From NCBI GenBank assembly GCA_042570545.1, contig JBHPGJ010000005.1, forward strand, positions 5,529 to 69,528: a DNA stretch of 64,000 nucleotides. The letters are read 5' to 3'. This document shows, one piece after another, positions 60,469-64,000 of the stretch. Position numbers and translations under genes: made by a program. The notes beneath the pieces are model-generated. The model was not told the origin of the DNA, ran no database searches, and saw only the letters and a program-made list of their open reading frames with translations. Position 1 is the stretch's first letter. Each line of letters starts with the position of its first letter. This DNA is from Patescibacteria group bacterium (lineage in GTDB: Bacteria; Patescibacteriota; Patescibacteriia; JBHPGJ01).

Positions 60469-61512
60469 ATGAAAATACTTGTTACCGGCGGTGCAGGTTT
60501 TATAGGCTCTAATTTTATCCATTACTGGATGCGAGAACATCCAGCTGATTCTATTATTAATTTGGACAAATTAACATACGCTGGAAATTTAGAGAATCTG
60601 GAGAGCATCGATAAAAATCCGAATTACGAATTTCACAAATTTGATATCACCTGCCGTAGGAATGGTGCCTATAATGATATGGATTTTCAAAAGCTGGTTG
60701 AGTTAGTTAAAAAGTGCGACGTCGTAGTACATTATGCAGCTGAGTCACACGTCGATCGTTCTATAGCTAGCGCCCAGGAATTTGTAATGACCAATGTCGT
60801 TGGCACCCAGCTGTTGCTCGAGGCAGCACTTGCAGCGGGAAAGAAACGCTTTCATCACGTTTCTACCGATGAAGTATTTGGTCAGCTGGCACTTGAAGAC
60901 AATACTAAATTTACTGAAACGACGCGCTATAATCCGAGAAATCCATATTCAGCATCAAAGGCGTCATCGGATCATTTTGTTCGGGCGTATTGTCATACTC
61001 ACGGTCTGCCAATTACAATAACAAACACGGAAAATAATTATGGGCCATATCAATATCCCGAGAAGCTTTTACCCTTGGCCATAACCAATCTATTAGAAGG
61101 TAAAAAGGTTCCTATCTATGGTGACGGTAAGTATATTCGTGATTGGCTATATGTTGATGATCATTGCCGGGCAATTGACCTGATATTAGAAAAGGGAAAG
61201 ATCGGCGAGACTTACTGTATTGGTGGACTGACCGAGGATGTTAACAATCTTGAATTAATACAAAAAGTTCTTGAGGTAATGAATAAGGATGATAATTCAC
61301 TAGAATTTGTTAAAGATAGACCTGGACATGACAGGCGTTATGCTGTTGATTGGACTAAGGCCAAAAATGAGCTGGGCTATGTACCAAAGCACAGTCTAGA
61401 TGAATATTTAGAAAAAACAGTTCAGTGGTATGAAGACAACGAGGCTTGGTGGAAAAGAATTAAAAGCGGAGAATATCTTGAATACTATAAAAAACAATAC
61501 GTCGAAAGGTAG
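60469..61512 (+). CDS. rmlB: dTDP-glucose 4,6-dehydratase
   Basis: 'MKILVTGGAGFIGSNFI', 'DKLTYAGN', 'YSASKASSDHFVRAY' and 'NNYGPYQYPEKLLPL'. Confidence 0.9.
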   Translation: MKILVTGGAGFIGSNFIHYWMREHPADSIINLDKLTYAGNLENLESIDKNPNYEFHKFDITCRRNGAYNDMDFQKLVELVKKCDVVVHYAAESHVDRSIASAQEFVMTNVVGTQLLLEAALAAGKKRFHHVSTDEVFGQLALEDNTKFTETTRYNPRNPYSASKASSDHFVRAYCHTHGLPITITNTENNYGPYQYPEKLLPLAITNLLEGKKVPIYGDGKYIRDWLYVDDHCRAIDLILEKGKIGETYCIGGLTEDVNNLELIQKVLEVMNKDDNSLEFVKDRPGHDRRYAVDWTKAKNELGYVPKHSLDEYLEKTVQWYEDNEAWWKRIKSGEYLEYYKKQYVER

Positions 61513-61518
61513 ACGATA

Positions 61519-62355
61519 ATGAAAGTATTGATATTGGGTGCCAAAGGAATGTTGGGGCACGCTTTAGTAGAAGTATATAAGGAACATGATGTAATAGCGT
61601 GGGATCAGGAGGAGCTTGATATTGCCAACAAAAGTAAAGTACGTGAAATAATACCAGAAACTAAGGCTGACATAATAATAAACGCAGCTGCCTTTACTGA
61701 TGTAGACGCCTGTGAAGAAAAAAGGGCTACAGCCTATAGAGTCAATGGCGAAGCGGTGGGCTATCTTGCACTGGCAGCTGATGAAATGAACATACCGATA
61801 GTACATATTAGCACCGACTACGTTTTTAGCGGTAAAAAGAAAGAGGGTTATAGCGAAGAAGATATACCTGAACCAATTAATTCTTACGGCCGATCAAAAC
61901 TACGAGGTGAACAGCATCTAAAAGTAAATGCCAAACAATATTATCTTATACGCACGGCTTGGCTTTTTGGACCAGATGGTAATAATTTCGTTAAGACGAT
62001 AGCAAAACTATGCAAAGAAAAGAACCAGATTGAAGTGGTAAACGACCAGTTTGGCAATCCCACCTATTCTAAAGACTTAGCAGCAAATATTTACAGGTTA
62101 GTATATGAAAAGCCAGATTTTGGTATTTATCACTTTACCAATAGTGGAGTGGTGAGTTGGTATGACTTTGCTAATGAAATTGTGAAGTTAATAAATCCTC
62201 AATGCAAGGTGTTACCAGTTGATTCTGATAAAAATAAAAAACCGGCTAAAAGACCAGCTTATTCAATTCTACTAAATAACAAGTTTTATAAGATGCGTAA
62301 TTGGCAAGATGCTTTGAGAAATTATATCTATAAAATTGACGAAGATAATGAATAA
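61519..62355 (+). CDS. rmlD: dTDP-4-dehydrorhamnose reductase
   Basis: 'MKVLILGAKGMLG', 'HISTDYVFSG', 'YGRSKLRGE' and 'IRTAWLFG'. Confidence 0.85.
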   Translation: MKVLILGAKGMLGHALVEVYKEHDVIAWDQEELDIANKSKVREIIPETKADIIINAAAFTDVDACEEKRATAYRVNGEAVGYLALAADEMNIPIVHISTDYVFSGKKKEGYSEEDIPEPINSYGRSKLRGEQHLKVNAKQYYLIRTAWLFGPDGNNFVKTIAKLCKEKNQIEVVNDQFGNPTYSKDLAANIYRLVYEKPDFGIYHFTNSGVVSWYDFANEIVKLINPQCKVLPVDSDKNKKPAKRPAYSILLNNKFYKMRNWQDALRNYIYKIDEDNE

Positions 62356-62372
62356 AGAGTAGTATATTTATT

Positions 62373-63107
62373 ATGAAAGGTATTATTTTAGCCGGAGGAG
62401 CGGGGACCAGATTGCACCCCATAACAAAAGTTACCAGCAAGCAATTACTGCCGATATATGATCGGCCAATGATATATTACCCCCTGCAAACATTACTAAA
62501 TGCCGGTATTAAGGAAATACTAATTATTGTTGCCCCAGAAAATGCTGGTGACTATTTAAAATTACTTGGATCAGGCAAAGAATTTAAAGCAAAATTTGCT
62601 TATGAAATTCAAGATAAGCCCGAAGGCTTAGCCCAAGCATTTATTATTGGTGAGACATTTATTGGTGATGATAATGTAACCATGATACTTGGCGACAATT
62701 TATTTTTAGCAGATACTGGACCGATAACACAAGCAATTCAAAATTTTAAATCTGGTGGCATCATAATCACGCGTGAAGTGAATGATCCCGAGCGCTTTGG
62801 CGTAGCCAAGTTTGATGATAAAGGTGAATTGGTAGAAATTATAGAGAAACCTAAAGATCCGCCAAGTAATCAGGCGGTTACCGGTCTATACGTGTATGAT
62901 AATAGGATTATCAAATTTGCCCAACAATTGAAGCCATCGGCTCGGGGAGAGTTAGAAATTACTGATCTCAACAATATTTATCTAAAAAATAAAGAACTGC
63001 AAGCTATTGAGTATAAAGGGAAATGGCTCGACACCGGCACATTTGACACTTTGCTTGATGCGGCCAATCACGTAGCCGAATTGAATAGGGGATCTAAGTT
63101 ATTTTAA
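62373..63107 (+). CDS. rmlA: Glucose-1-phosphate thymidylyltransferase, short form
   Basis: 'MKGIILAGGAGTRLHPITKVTSKQLLPIYDRPMIYYPL' and 'GLAQAFIIGETFIGDD'. Confidence 0.85.
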   Translation: MKGIILAGGAGTRLHPITKVTSKQLLPIYDRPMIYYPLQTLLNAGIKEILIIVAPENAGDYLKLLGSGKEFKAKFAYEIQDKPEGLAQAFIIGETFIGDDNVTMILGDNLFLADTGPITQAIQNFKSGGIIITREVNDPERFGVAKFDDKGELVEIIEKPKDPPSNQAVTGLYVYDNRIIKFAQQLKPSARGELEITDLNNIYLKNKELQAIEYKGKWLDTGTFDTLLDAANHVAELNRGSKLF

Positions 63108-64000
63108 TTCTGTTTAGACCCTGGCTGGCTGAATAATATATCACATCATTTTCGGTAGTCATGATTATATCTGCCTCCAGAGCTTGAGATAATAATTTTT
63201 CTTTTTGTAATTGAGTTTCAGAGTCCGTATCGATCAAGTACACTCCTTTTTTTTGTTTATACAGTAAATGATAATTATTAAACCAATTAATTTCTGCAAT
63301 ATTAGCCGAGGTTCTCTCAAGTAGATTCAATTCATAATCATGACTAGAACTTGCTACCCATATTTCATTTTCCGAAGCTAGAAAAAAAGCAGAACGATTT
63401 TTGTTCCAGGCCGTGGTGCGTGGTATAAAGGTGAGGTTGATATTTAATAATTGCTGACCGTCAAGTAATAGCATCAGTGGTTTGGTATTTGATATCAAAC
63501 CAATATGATGGTTGATTGAATTCTCGATAAAATTATAATCATCATTGGCCAAAGCATACTCTTCAATAGTATCCCCGTTGGTTGAAATTAATTCTAATGA
63601 AGTTTTGTCAGTTAAGGTCCACAACTGGTCACTGGAAGCCTTTATTGACGATATTATATTATCAGAACGAATAATGTTTATACTGCGATCAGCTAATTTA
63701 ATTAAATATAGTTGTTTGCTGGTCTGGGCAATTAAATTTACACCATTGAGCCAGTAAACTTCGGAAAACGACAACTGGCTAAGTGCTGGCAAAGTAGTGA
63801 TGTCATTATTTGCTCGGTCAACAACGCTATATTGTCCTTCACCGGTTTTAATTAAAATTTTATTTGAATCATCTGACCATTTTGCGGATATTATTTTCTT
63901 ACCAATTGTTATATCCTGCTGATTGTTATTGTCGATATTTATTATTTGTAAAACTGAATCCTGTCCAGACTCTAAATAAGCTAAAAATTGTTGATTTGGG
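63094..64000 (-). CDS. Hypothetical protein, 5' end beyond the window; possibly beta-propeller-like
   Basis: The open frame continues past position 64000. No recognised motif. Its 3' end overlaps the convergent rmlA by 14 nt. Confidence 0.45.
   Translation of the reverse strand, partial: PNQQFLAYLESGQDSVLQIINIDNNNQQDITIGKKIISAKWSDDSNKILIKTGEGQYSVVDRANNDITTLPALSQLSFSEVYWLNGVNLIAQTSKQLYLIKLADRSINIIRSDNIISSIKASSDQLWTLTDKTSLELISTNGDTIEEYALANDDYNFIENSINHHIGLISNTKPLMLLLDGQQLLNINLTFIPRTTAWNKNRSAFFLASENEIWVASSSHDYELNLLERTSANIAEINWFNNYHLLYKQKKGVYLIDTDSETQLQKEKLLSQALEADIIMTTENDVIYYSASQGLNRIKIT

Overview
AT-rich bacterial window, gene-dense with short or overlapping intergenic regions. Short-form RmlA and AhcY, a bacterial MetK and the low GC suggest a small-genome bacterium, possibly CPR/Patescibacteria-like; this is inference only. 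No rRNA, tRNA, CRISPR array, integrase or transposase was recognised. The 5' ~14.5 kb contains a helicase C-terminal remnant, a possible HEPN-motif protein, an iron/redox trio (ferric-reductase-like heme-b membrane protein, Cys-less cupredoxin-like protein, VIT1 transporter), an amidohydrolase, divergent guaB/guaA, N/T-rich low-complexity envelope proteins, and a PDZ/S8-subtilase operon carrying a perfect internal tandem duplication. From ~14.5 kb to ~63.1 kb the window is one very large cell-envelope glycan locus in four long operon blocks. It contains GtrA, three GtrB/ArnC-like GT2 enzymes, four or five GT-C-like polytopic membrane proteins and six GT4 glycosyltransferases, plus two Wzx-like flippases. 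Nucleotide-sugar genes cover dTDP-rhamnose (rmlABCD), GDP-6-deoxyhexose (gmd plus an rmd-like reductase), UDP-uronic acids (ugd, a WecC/TviB-like dehydrogenase, a GlaE-like 4-epimerase), a GalE-like epimerase and a UXS-like SDR with substituted catalytic residues. The most notable content is a tailoring set embedded in this locus. A PAPS-synthesis module (cysD, fused cysNC, cysQ) supplies three sulfotransferases of two families. There are also three SAM methyltransferases, an AsnB-type amidotransferase and a tandem pair of HprK-like P-loop proteins. MetK, AhcY, a PfkB kinase and an MtaD-like deaminase sit in the same locus. Together these predict a sulfated, methylated and possibly amidated or phosphorylated extracytoplasmic glycan or glycoconjugate system that, to my knowledge, has not been described in this form. 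All functional calls rest on motif recognition by eye; no searches were run.
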